Shown here: positions 1 through 10,693 of the stretch, piece by piece
How the letters are laid out: each line of letters opens with the position of its first letter
Numbering within the stretch: position 1 is the stretch's first letter
DNA from: Amphiscolops sp. MND2022
Lineage: Eukaryota
Direction of reading: 5' to 3'
Assembly: GCA_964187785.1 (NCBI GenBank)
Contig: OZ076409.1
Span: 7,628,001-7,692,000, forward strand
Length of the DNA stretch: 64,000 bases
Notes under the pieces: model-generated
What the model saw: the letters and a program-made list of their open reading frames with translations, nothing else
Told to the model about the DNA's origin: nothing
The model's database searches: none
Translations under genes and position numbers: made by a program

Positions 1-1395
1 CAAAGTGGCCACGCATCATGGTACATCTACATATGTTAATGGTGTTTAGTCATCGATTTACAATGTCGCAATTGCCTGCACGTAGCATCATGGTTTCTAT
101 AACAACTAAAATGAACTCAAATCATTCGATAATGTACTAATTTTAAGTCAATTCAAAGTAAAACACAATTCGGGATGGGAAAACAATGTTTTCCGCTGAT
201 TCTAGCGCCAAAATCAATGATTTAAAACTTGAAGATGGAAATGCGATGAACTTGTAAGAATATTTGCTGATTTCCAAGTCTAGTTTAGCTCTGGATGAAA
301 ATGCGATGAATGGTAGTCTTTCTCGCTCGGAAATCAACACAATTCAAATTGACGATGATAAAAGGATGAACTCCACGTATAATTTGCCAATTTCCAGCAC
401 AGATTAAACTGACGATGAATTCGGGATGAATTCAGTCGATAAATGCCAATTCTAGTACAGGTGAATTTTGGCGATGGGTTTAAGATGAACTTGTCAGTTA
501 AAACAGCAAATACCAAAGCAATGTAAACTGGCGATGAGTTTAGGATGAACTCATTCACCAAAATGGTTAATTTTTCAGCACGGACGAAATCAAGATGAAT
601 TAAGGATGGGTTTACTAAACAAATCAGATAACCAGCACTTTCACTCTTTTTTCAGGATGGATTAAGGATGTATTTTCTCATTTCACTTCTGTACTAGTGA
701 ACACGATGAGTAAAGGATGGGTTACTGTTCTTTAGAAATGAGAAGCACACTTCAGGAGTTTCTAAGTGAGATAATCGCGATGAATTAAAGATGAGTTTTG
801 CTAAAATAAGTCCCATAAAATCCGCTGATGGATAATTGATGAAAATTAGTTTAAAGTCCCATGTAAAGTTCACTCGCAATTTTTGAGGATGGGGTTGCGA
901 TGAACTTTAGTTAAAAGCACCGTTGAATCCGCTGATGGATTCCAAGTGAAATTTCTAATCAGGTCAAAGTCATCACCAAATTCGACAATGAATTTGTGAT
1001 GAATTTAGTGGAATTTGTCACAACTACATACTCTGAGGCGGGGAGTTAGTAGAAGTTATACTTTCCATTACTTTCAATATCTCTCGGTCCAGTCTGACCG
1101 GAAAACTTCTCTCCCTTGTCTTGACAAACCAATATTTATGAAATATAGGACTTTTTGAAGGCCATTTTCTGGCAAGATCATTTATGCGGACACCGGAACT
1201 AGAGCGCTCAGTATTAAGTAAATATATAAAACTCACACTCAAGGGGGGAAGGGATTAAAGTACAAGTAACGTAGGGTTGCTCACAACCATGGCCCTTATT
1301 ATATGACATCATATTGCCCATATCTAAATACATAGGACATAATATTTACATTACAGATATTTAGTAGATTATATTTCCATCATGCTGGCATGACA
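1..1395 (-). repeat. 3' LTR of element A (partial)
   Basis: Near-identical to 11188-12582. Identity stops at CATGACA (1395 and 12582), which is the TGTCATG LTR start on the minus strand. Confidence 0.93.
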
Positions 1396-1701
1396 CTCCC
1401 CGGGTGGGATTTGGATTGAGAGTGCAGGGGCCAAATGTGCAGAGGATGGTTGTCTCGGCGTTGGCTTCGACTGCTTCCTTCGTTTAGTTGGGGAGAAAAT
1501 GACCTTCGTTAGTTCTGAATTGGCATGTCCTTCGTTTGTTCTGTCCTATGCAAACCTTCTCTGAGAAGAGGACTTTCGGCAATCGTCATGTCTGGTTTCA
1601 ATCTGGGTGATTTCGGTTAAATTTTCTCGACGCGGCAACTCTAGTTCTTGGTCCATCGAACGTCCGCTGATCTGCATTTTATTGGTTGTCATGCTTTTCA
1701 T
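1369..1701 (-). pseudogene. Possible ORF3 of element A, running into the 3' LTR; one in-frame TAG at 1546-1548
   Basis: Own translation: MKSMTTNKMQ...RRFA*DRT...IPPGECHASMMEI*. Positionally equivalent to ORF3 of B and C, but no clear sequence similarity to them. Confidence 0.3.
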
Positions 1702-2569
1702 GGGAGTTTCGGCTGGTTATTTTCGGTAGGAGCTGATTTCTTCGGAGAAAAGTTTCCCTCCAAAACGCCTACACTGAATAAACAATTCGACTAGCTTCAT
1801 TGACAAATTGGCAGCAAGTCGGAGATGAATGAACGATGAATTGTTTACACAGCGAGACATCGATGTTGATTTAGCAGACGAATGGCGCCGTTGCTCTACT
1901 ATCAGCTTCCGCGATAAGAAAGAGATGAGTCGTTGTCATAGTAACCGTTGAAGCTACTTCCGCTGTTTGAAATCTCAGCGATGAGAAAGAGATGGCCTGT
2001 TGCCATTGCAATCACTGCTAATTCTGATTGGCTGAAAACTGAATTTTCTGAACTGAAAGAAATCCAACCGATTGTCAACAAATATTCTCATCCTTGAATC
2101 ATCTTCCGTCAAGTCGTTTTGAAAATCGCCACGATTTCCTTTGCGCGTTTCCGCTCAACTTCATCGGTATTGATCTGAGACTGGCAGCTGTCATCAAAAT
2201 CAAATACTTGAAGCTTTTGTAGTCAAATTCTGGGGGGTGATTCATTTTCAGAGAAAATTGTCAAGTTGGTTGAACTAGGAAGAAAAGTGTAGGCAGTCAT
2301 TGAAATCGGAGAGTTTTTCATCGATTTTCCATCTTCTGAATTTCAAGTATTTGGTTTGTACTGGCATTCAAGCTGCATCCGCGCTCTTTGAAATTTTCCG
2401 CGAATTTGTATCTCGCAATCATGGTTGATCAGGCCATTTAATTACTGATCAAATTCTTGTCCTCAGATTCTTCGATTTCGTTCCTTTCCCCACTCTCTTC
2501 CGTTCCTTTTCAGATTATTTTGCAAAACTACAGTGATGTCTGACATCCATTTTGTTCATTCTCTTCCAG

Positions 2570-5500
2570 AGACCGAAGCTACAGAAAGTAAGTGTACCTT
2601 TTTGTTTTCTTTCACAAACGGGTCAGGGGACAATTAGGTGCTGTTAGGCGCCAAAAACGCGTCTTGGCTTTTTAGCGGACTCGGTTTAATCTGTCGGCGT
2701 CGTCTCTGAGCTGACTACTTTGCAGACCGTGCCGCCTCAAGAGGTTCCCGAAGCTCAAGCAGCAGCTCCTGAACCTCAGTTTCAACTTGACCACCCGTTT
2801 GATCAGGCTCCCAATGTCCCGTATCTTCCGCAGTGTAAGTTCTGTCCCTCCAGATCTTCAATTCAGTCCACAATCTCTTCATTTCTCATCTCTGGTCCTT
2901 CCAGATGTTGACTCTTTCCGTTTGATGTTTAGATCACTATCATTGGCATGCTTCCCTCGGTAGCATCACCTTCGAGTGGTATGATCGCCACATGCGGGAC
3001 ATGCTACGAGATAGCATCCAGCAGTATAGTGAGTTGACTTCTTTTCACATTTCCGTCTGTACTAAGGTATCGTCCGGACACTCCGATGTAATTCCGATGT
3101 AAACATCTCATCTGCATGTAGTGCCCTTCACGGTCGATTACCTATAAAATTCATTTTTTAAGATGAATTTGGGATGCGTCATGGACATTCACTGTCCTTC
3201 GTGGCTAATCTGTTTGCGAATTTAATTTTTGGGGGTGAAATTTTGGTGACTTCGTTTTCCGTTTTCTTTCTTCGCGCGGTGTACGCGCACTCTCTTCATC
3301 ATCTGTCGTCGTCCGATTTCTGTTTTCTTCTTTCAGGTCCGACTCCTATCCACGCCCCAAGGCCTCTCCCTATCACTTACTCCGTGTGTATAGGAACGAG
3401 CGACTTTGGTGCATCACAGGTTGATGCTGCTACTCAAGGAGGGCCTTCTTCCCTGGAGATGTCCTCGTTCCTCCAGGACTTGTCTCTGGGTGCGATCAGC
3501 TCCCCAGTGGCACGTGCCCCAGTGTCGGTGCTCTCGCCGAGCTTTCAGCGATTTCTGGACCGCGAATCAGCAATTCTAAGTCCTTCTCCTCCTGTTCGCG
3601 TCACCGTAGAGGCAGGAGTCAGTGCCGTTGTCACTCCTGTGGATGTGGCAGTCGATGCCTGCGTGGCTGTTGTTGACCAGTCCGTTCAGGCCGTTGTGGA
3701 AACTGGCGAGACTTCCACGGATTCTGATCCTCCTGTGGAACCTCTTTCGGCTGCTCCCTCTCCGCCAGCTAGCAGCGTCCCTGAAACTGTGGAGGCTGAC
3801 GTTGATCAGTCTGACGTGCCAACAACCGACAGCACTGATACCCTTCTAGAAGCAGCCGAGGATGTCCCTGCTGGTGATACTCTGTTCGCTGAGCCTGCTC
3901 CAGAAGATGCTGTTCCCGGTCTGGTTCCTGTGTCTGCTGAGACGTCTCCCATGGGACCCAGTCTCGTGGACTCCGACGACGAGCCCATTGCGTCTCGCTT
4001 GCCAGGTTACCTAAACAGCTTTAACCCTGTGAAGTATCTGATCGGTAGCTTTTATTCATTTCTTCTTTTCCATCTATTGCCCATCGTTTTCTGTTTTTCT
4101 ATATGATTTTCTGCAGTTTTTTTCTCAATTTCCATCACTTTCTCATCGTGAAAAGTCTTGAGTATAGCGTTTTTCTTTTCTGATCATTTTTTAGAACTTT
4201 CCATCTCTTTTACATCCTTAAATTTTCTCATTCGGCTTTTAGCTATTTTTCGTCGTTTTCTTTTCAGTTTACATCTCTTTTTCATCGTTAAGTTATTTTC
4301 GCTCTAAAATATCTCAATTTTGGTTCAAAGTCGTTCTATACATCTCTTTTTCATCCTATCGTTTTTTCTTCGTTTTTCACTTGTATTTCCCGATGAAAAT
4401 ATTATTTTACATCATTTTTTCATCACTCCGGGGGGGGGGGGGCTTTTAGAAGTTTTCATAGGATTGTCGAGTTTTCGTCTTCTGAGGATGTGTATAAGAT
4501 GAGTTTTACAATTTCGTTTCGCTTGTGATTTCAGGGAGGAAGATTCTAAAGGCAACGTGGTTTAACCACGCCTATTGTGGATTGGCGCTCGGATTTGCGA
4601 AAGACCATTTGACGCGCGAGTCGTACGTGAGATGTCTGCTTTGTAAGCAGGATGTGAAGGTAGCAAGCCGTGGAATTACAACGTTCTTCGAGCACTGCCG
4701 AGGAATGAGGCATCAAAAACTGGACTGTCTTGTGCGGTTGCGACGCGGCCTGGCCTTGCGGAAGCGAGATGGGACACTGATGTCCGAAGCCGAGGCAGAC
4801 GCGTGTGCAGGAATGTTATCCGGCGAATCAGTGCCAGTTGTCGAGAAGTGTCCGAGTGTCTCCATCTAATAGGCTCTGCAGACCGAGGCAGCCGGTGGTT
4901 CAGTGTGGGGCAATCAGCAAGGATCAGATGACGTCGACCAAACTGAGAGTGTGCGACTCTTCGTTTGTCTGGTGATAGACGCAATCTATCGTGATTGTGA
5001 TTTCGCTAGTGTGCAGCACCTGTGGGACTTGCTGGTTGCGTCTAACGGTCAACATTCGGTGTTATTCGGAGCGACTTGTAGAGAGTCCGACGCTTTGGTT
5101 AGTATGACTCTTGTGCTTAGGCTTATGTGTTATGCGCGCGTTGCATGTGAATTCATGTTACATGTTTTTGTGTTTATTAGTATTGTGTGCATTGATTTTG
5201 TTTTGGTAGTAACGGTGCGAGTTGTCAGTGTATGAAGCGATTTTTGAGTGTATAGCGAATATGGGTGTTTTGGAAACGATGTTTGTATAATGAGTTTGCA
5301 TCGTTATTTTAGAGTGTGGTACTGCTCGGATTGTGGCCCTTCGTTATGCGACGGGTCATCGGAATGTTGTGTGAGACAGATTACAGCAGCTTCGGGATTG
5401 CAATTGTGGGCGGACGTGTAGTGGGCCGGTTGAACGTCTGTACAGTGGATGCATTGTCGAGTTACGTGATTTTCTCCTTCAGTTACGGTCAAGATTGGGA

Positions 5501-5760
5501 GCCTCGTGTTGTGTCGTGGATAATTAACTTTTTGTGCTGCGTTGTGGGTGAGGTCAAGCCCCTGGGACTCAATTGTAACTTGTTACCCGGAGTAGAGAGA
5601 GTGTTGACCAGTCAGTCTGGACCTCGAGCAGTCTCGCTTGTGCCGTTGCGACTGCACGACCTAAATCGCTGTCTCGTCGACGTAAGCGTGCGAGTGATGG
5701 GGGGGACCGACGTAAACAGTCTTCAGGAACAACTAACTGCTTGTGAGACTCCAGTCCCGT
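2570..5760 (+). pseudogene. Antisense spliced accessory gene of element A (BED-like Zn-finger, hAT-transposase-like), 3'-truncated
   Basis: Phase-compatible GT-AG exons: 2570-2587, 2726-2834, 2933-3028, 3337-4005, 4535-5097, 5313-about 5760. Acidic/Pro-rich N-terminus, then WF...C-LL-C...G...H-CRGMR-H. In-frame TAA TAG at 4867-4872. Confidence 0.7.
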
Positions 5761-8700
5761 GTACAAGAAAAAGTGTCAAAAAATTGTCTGTACAAGACAC
5801 CGTTTACAACTTGTAGGCGTTTTCGATTTTTGTGTAACTTTTGAAAAAACTGATCTTGCATATTAACTGGGTGTTGCAAAATTTCAGTACCTTCTAAAAA
5901 TCTAATCATTTTTTGAATAACCCAGTTATTTTTCTGGACGTGAATTAGATCGATCCCCTCAGCGGGGCTAACCTGACTCATTACCGGGTGTGATAATGAT
6001 ACTTTACGGATGAATTGCGAGAGTTGAATCGGCTTGTCCACGTCTGTGAGGCGGTACGTCAGATGGTTGTCAGTCGCGAAGTCATCTGAGGCCGCTGTTC
6101 TCTCACAGTTGGTGAACTTCATCCCTTTCCCATCGTCATGAGCCACGTCAGTGCCAGTTGCCAATTTCATCTCTTTGACATCCTTCTGGCGTTTGCATCT
6201 GAGTGGTTCGCTCGTGGGAAAGTAATCAGGCTCGTCTTCCTCCTGTTTTGGTGTACGGGAGGCGATGTCGATCTCGATTCTGTGAATTGGAACAGTATCA
6301 GTCAATTTTAAATGTACACGGTCTTCAGGTCTAATCTCAAGCCGAGATAAGTAATCCGCTGCGGGATTTTCAACTCCTGGAACATGTGCTAATAAAAAAT
6401 TGAACTGAAGGGTTTGATCGCAAAAATTCCAAAGTGAAGGCGGGATATGCTTCGCCTGAAAAAATCTAGTCAAGGCCTTATTGTCAGTCATAACAATGAT
6501 GGGTTTTTTCGCACCCCACAAAATGTGGCCAAATTCATCGAAGGCAAAGTGCATAGCTAAAAACTCTTTGGCATACATTGTTAGAGCCATCTGGCCGCCC
6601 TGAAATTTTTTAGAGCCAAATGCAACAGGGGCGTATGTTTGTTTGACTGACGGGTCAGCATAATCCTCAATTAACAAAACATAGCCGGCAGCGTGTTCGC
6701 TGGCGTCACACATGATTACCAATTGTTTATCAGGTAATGGCAATTTCAGAGACACTTTTGTTGCTTTTAACAAACTTTCATTGATTTCAAAAATAGCATC
6801 TTTATGTTGTTGGTTCAGCTTGAAAGGGACGTCCTTCTTGATCAACTCCTGTAAACAACAAGTTTTATCAGCTAGGCGGGGAATATAAGACCTGTAAAAG
6901 TTTACAAAACCAAGATAACGTTGCAACGCTTTCACTGAATTGGGGGGTTTCATTTTGGTTAAGTAATCTGTTACGCGTTTTTCAATGGGAGCAATACCGG
7001 TGCTAGAAATGGTTTTTCCCAAGTACTCAATTTGTCTTTGTCCAAATTCACATTTACTCATGCTAAGTTTAAGACCAGCTTTGTTCAACTGCTGAAAAAC
7101 AAGTTCAAGGTTATTGATCAGTTCGTCAGGGGTGTGTGCTGCAATTCCAATGTCATCAACATATTGAGCACACCGGTCCGCTTTGACCAAGGGGTCCAAA
7201 TACTCACGGACTACACTTGTGAATGCTGACAAAGAACGATTAAGACCCTGTGCTAGACGTAAAAAGGCAAAAGTTCTAGATCCAAAATTAAACGATAACA
7301 GTTGGACAGACTGCTCATCGGCCATTGGGATGCAATGGTAGGCCTGGGAACAATCAAGTTTACAGAAGTACTTTTTCCCGGCCATGTGTTTGGCAGCGTC
7401 AGCAATTGTTGTTACGGGATGGTTGTGTTCACCGTAATCGTTTTTGATCAAGTGGTTTATTCTTCTCAAGTCAACTAAAATCCTCAATTTACCATTAGGT
7501 TTACGTTGAGCAAATATCGGAGATGAGTATTTGCTATGAGGCAAAGTAGTTATGATCCCGTACTCTTGCATTAAAGCTAACTCCACGAGCAAATCATCCT
7601 TCAAATTTGTCGGAGTAGGAAGACTCTGTGAATAAACAGGTTCTTCATGTTGGGGTGTTAGCTTAACTTTAAAATCAGTGTTCATGCCAATATCAAAACG
7701 ATGTCTAGCAAAAATGGAGTTGTACTTTACCAGCAACTCCTCTACCTGTAACCGTTGAGACGGAGTAAGAAGCGAGTCGTCCCAGTTGAAGTTCTTCAGG
7801 AAGTTCATCCGTTGTTCATCGGATTGGGACGGGTCAAGCTTCTCGAGCTCTCGCAGTGCCAGAATCTCATCATAGATTCGTCGCTCAATTGCGTTGAGTT
7901 TGTCTGGCTCACTGCACGTCTCGGGAGTTGGGTACCACTTGGTTGACTTCATTTCAGGGTTCACGAACAGTTGGTTGATCACCGCTTCCGCCTCATCTGG
8001 GTACTTGGTGATCAGGTTCAAGTGTTCGACTGGCATGGGTGTGATGTTTGCCGCCTGATGTGGTGTCGGTATGCGAAAGTGTGCCAGAGTGGTGTTGGCA
8101 TCAAGTGTGAACGTGTGGTTGTTCGGGTTGGTGACCTGGATTGTCGTCTTGCCCTCGTCTAGGTCAACCAAAGCTGGGGAAACAAGCAAACACGTCTTTC
8201 GCATGAATCCAGGTGAGCCCTCAACTGTACCAGTTGTAAGTGAGATGTCCGCGTCACTGTGGACCTGTATCATCACTTGATGGAGAGTAGGGATCACTGT
8301 TCTAGTACTGGAACACAAATCAATTAAACCGGTTTTGAATCTGTTGTTCTTTTGCTGTCTAACTTGCATGGACATCATGTGATTAGGGAAGTGGACAAGG
8401 TGGTTTTTTATGTCTAAGTTGACTGAGTACTTTTCAAAGAATGACATTCCAATTAAAATTGTGCCCATTGTTGGAAGGATTAGGAATGTTTCTTCAAAGA
8501 CTTTTCCAGCAACGTAAAATCTAAGTAAGACTTGCTTACGCACTGGGACTAAGTTCCCGTTTGCTATTTGAATTTTGAAATTCGGAGGGGGGAGTTCTTG
8601 AAGGATGGCTTCTGGATGAGCCGTTGTTATTTTTCGCAATTCTGCTTCAGACATTGCGCTTTGAATTGCGCCTGTGTCTAACAGTGCATGGTTTTCGTAT

Positions 8701-9191
8701 TTATCAAACTGAAGAGGGACGTACAGCATTTTTTCTTTTTTGTTTAAATGTAAAGTGGGACTAAGGACGTGAATTTCTGTTTTAGTTGCATGTTTGTTAT
8801 CTTTTGAAATGTTAATACTACTATATTTTGCATGTTTTTTAATACTAAGCCGTTTGTCGATTGTTGAGTATGAAGTCGAGTCGTCGTCTAGATGGTTGGT
8901 GTCCATCTCTTTGGCATCGTCCACCTGCCTCATGGTGTTTTGTTGCCAGTTCATCGTTTGTTCATCGTTGATTTCAGCGAGTGGAGAAAAGCGGCTGCCG
9001 TTGCGTTGACGTGCATTTCCCATCGCTTTTTCATCGTTGGAAAGTCTTCGCTGATAGACGTCGTCAGCTTTTGGTCGTTTGTCCAGTGAAGGCTGCCATT
9101 TCTTCATTGGACGGTTCTGTGTAGTCGGTTGAGTCGAAAGTCGTTTGTCGCGCGTTGTATTTCTAGCGGGCGGGAATCGTGGCTGAATCAA
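5733..9191 (-). CDS. pol: Pol polyprotein of element A (protease, RT, RNase H); truncated before the integrase core
   Basis: LLDTGA aspartic protease, YVDD RT, CDAS...TDNKAL...ADYLSR RNase H. Homology ends at VLYRQFFD, where the sequence joins the antisense gene. Confidence 0.93.
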   Translation of the reverse strand: MIQPRFPPARNTTRDKRLSTQPTTQNRPMKKWQPSLDKRPKADDVYQRRLSNDEKAMGNARQRNGSRFSPLAEINDEQTMNWQQNTMRQVDDAKEMDTNHLDDDSTSYSTIDKRLSIKKHAKYSSINISKDNKHATKTEIHVLSPTLHLNKKEKMLYVPLQFDKYENHALLDTGAIQSAMSEAELRKITTAHPEAILQELPPPNFKIQIANGNLVPVRKQVLLRFYVAGKVFEETFLILPTMGTILIGMSFFEKYSVNLDIKNHLVHFPNHMMSMQVRQQKNNRFKTGLIDLCSSTRTVIPTLHQVMIQVHSDADISLTTGTVEGSPGFMRKTCLLVSPALVDLDEGKTTIQVTNPNNHTFTLDANTTLAHFRIPTPHQAANITPMPVEHLNLITKYPDEAEAVINQLFVNPEMKSTKWYPTPETCSEPDKLNAIERRIYDEILALRELEKLDPSQSDEQRMNFLKNFNWDDSLLTPSQRLQVEELLVKYNSIFARHRFDIGMNTDFKVKLTPQHEEPVYSQSLPTPTNLKDDLLVELALMQEYGIITTLPHSKYSSPIFAQRKPNGKLRILVDLRRINHLIKNDYGEHNHPVTTIADAAKHMAGKKYFCKLDCSQAYHCIPMADEQSVQLLSFNFGSRTFAFLRLAQGLNRSLSAFTSVVREYLDPLVKADRCAQYVDDIGIAAHTPDELINNLELVFQQLNKAGLKLSMSKCEFGQRQIEYLGKTISSTGIAPIEKRVTDYLTKMKPPNSVKALQRYLGFVNFYRSYIPRLADKTCCLQELIKKDVPFKLNQQHKDAIFEINESLLKATKVSLKLPLPDKQLVIMCDASEHAAGYVLLIEDYADPSVKQTYAPVAFGSKKFQGGQMALTMYAKEFLAMHFAFDEFGHILWGAKKPIIVMTDNKALTRFFQAKHIPPSLWNFCDQTLQFNFLLAHVPGVENPAADYLSRLEIRPEDRVHLKLTDTVPIHRIEIDIASRTPKQEEDEPDYFPTSEPLRCKRQKDVKEMKLATGTDVAHDDGKGMKFTNCERTAASDDFATDNHLTYRLTDVDKPIQLSQFIRKVSLSHPVMSQVSPAEGIDLIHVQKNNWVIQKMIRFLEGTEILQHPVNMQDQFFQKLHKNRKRLQVVNGVLYRQFFDTFSCTRDWSLTSS

Positions 9192-10693
9192 AAACCCTGG
9201 TTAATGTCTTCATCAGAGTAGCTTAGTTGTTCGTCGTCTTCAGTAATTGCTTGCATTGGATTCATCGGCTTTTGCTGTCGTTTTAAATCTTGTCGTCTAG
9301 CCTTGTTGTCGTCCTGTGAATTCGTTGTGTATGGAATCTTTCCATATGCAGAGCTGCTTTCCTTGGGAATGCGTCGTCTGCAGTCTCTTGCAGAGTGGCC
9401 AGTGTATCCACAAATCTGACAAACCAGCTTGGGATTGTACTTCGGTTTGTCTGGGTCGGTTGCTTTCTTCATCGGAATTGCATCTTCTTTCTTAATGCCG
9501 TTTGCTTCGTCACGTTGTCGGGCGCGACATTCCGTTTTGCGGTGACCTGTCTTTCCGCAGTAGAAGCATTGTCCCTCAAATCGTTTTGGTTCTGTCGGTT
9601 GCGTTGTCGTCGTTGTTGCTGGTTTAATCGTTGTGTTGGTCGTTGGGACCGAGGAGGTGACCGCGTTAAATGGTTGGATTGCCGTAGGTGGCGCAACGTA
9701 CTGCTGGTACTGGTACTTTCTCATCAAGTATGTCTTGATTTCTTCTGGTGAGCTCTCCTCCTTATTGGCCATCGTAAGTTCTTGTTGTATTTCGACTGGG
9801 AGTTTACCGAACAAGAACATTTTGATGATTTTATCCGCTTCTTCCCCAAATGCTTGTTTCGCAGTCTTTTTCAAGTTTTTGAGGAAGTCGCTGAATGTTT
9901 CTGTGGTGGGATCGTAACGGGCTTGATCCCATTTGTAGCGAGCTACTTCTTTAAGGTCCTCTTTCGCGAATTCTTTCCTGAAGAGGTCGAGCACATCTTT
10001 CAGTGTTGTTAGTGGCGTTATCTGGATGGATTGCCAGTACTCTATTGCATCATCTCTCAAAAGGCTTTGAAAGAAGTGGAGTTTGTTCTCTTTGGTGATT
10101 TTGTTGGCGAGCGGGCTAAGGTGGTTGAGGAGAAGGTGCTCGAATTCCACGAATTTGTCTTTTTGGCCTCTGAAATTTAGGACGTGTGTCTGTAGTAGTT
10201 TCGTGTTGGTGGTGGTGCTTTTGATTCGTTGGGGGATCGTCTCGATTGCATTGAGTAGTCGTTCCTCATTGCTTCTAGGAGTTGATTCACCTTCCTCGTC
10301 CGAGTCGTCTTCTTGGTATCTCCTGAAGTTTGTGAAGCTGGATGGCGGACGGGTGGCGCGGGTTTCTGTAACTCCTGTCACCATGTCTAACCCTACTGTG
10401 TGGGCCGGCTTTGAAGAACTTTGCGATGACGAAGGTAAGTTATTTTCGTCACTTTTACTAATAACTGCCATTAACAAGTTCTTCAGTTGACTAAACTCGC
10501 TTTGTAACTCGTTTATCTTCTTCTCATAGTTTTCCCTTATTTCAGACAACTGGGACGAGATATCTGAAGCTTCGTTGTTGTCAGAGTCATTGGCGGACGA
10601 CTGAGCCATGTCTGGATCTATTGGAGAGGATGTTTCTGACGAGGAATTTATAACTCTACCGCTTCTAAGTTCGGTGCCTTGATCTGGATTCAT
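9188..10693 (-). CDS. gag: Gag (capsid plus two CCHC zinc knuckles), element A; start codon inside the 5' LTR
   Basis: 501-aa ORF with CFYCGKTGHRKTEC and CQICGYTGHSARDC; homologous to gag of B and C. Confidence 0.92.
   Translation of the reverse strand: MNPDQGTELRSGRVINSSSETSSPIDPDMAQSSANDSDNNEASDISSQLSEIRENYEKKINELQSEFSQLKNLLMAVISKSDENNLPSSSQSSSKPAHTVGLDMVTGVTETRATRPPSSFTNFRRYQEDDSDEEGESTPRSNEERLLNAIETIPQRIKSTTTNTKLLQTHVLNFRGQKDKFVEFEHLLLNHLSPLANKITKENKLHFFQSLLRDDAIEYWQSIQITPLTTLKDVLDLFRKEFAKEDLKEVARYKWDQARYDPTTETFSDFLKNLKKTAKQAFGEEADKIIKMFLFGKLPVEIQQELTMANKEESSPEEIKTYLMRKYQYQQYVAPPTAIQPFNAVTSSVPTTNTTIKPATTTTTQPTEPKRFEGQCFYCGKTGHRKTECRARQRDEANGIKKEDAIPMKKATDPDKPKYNPKLVCQICGYTGHSARDCRRRIPKESSSAYGKIPYTTNSQDDNKARRQDLKRQQKPMNPMQAITEDDEQLSYSDEDINQGF
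9191..9197 (-). other. -1 ribosomal frameshift slippery site G-GGU-UUU (element A)
   Basis: The heptamer immediately precedes the gag stop, and the pol ORF is open in the -1 frame. Confidence 0.75.
10371..10383 (-). promoter_or_regulatory. Primer-binding site of element A (TGGTGACAGGAGT)
   Basis: TGG directly after the LTR end ...GACA. The same TGGTGAC follows the mapped 5' LTR ends of B and C. Resembles the complement of tRNA-Leu or tRNA-Trp 3' ends; primer identity not established. Confidence 0.75.

Noticed and set aside
143..1242. Short minus-strand ORFs in the A LTR (repeated at 11330-12065)
   Set aside because: By-products of the GATG repeat array; they are duplicated only because the LTR is duplicated.
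7032..10490. Many short ORFs antisense to gag/pol (also in B, C and D)
   Set aside because: Shadow frames of coding sequence with no motifs or cross-element conservation.
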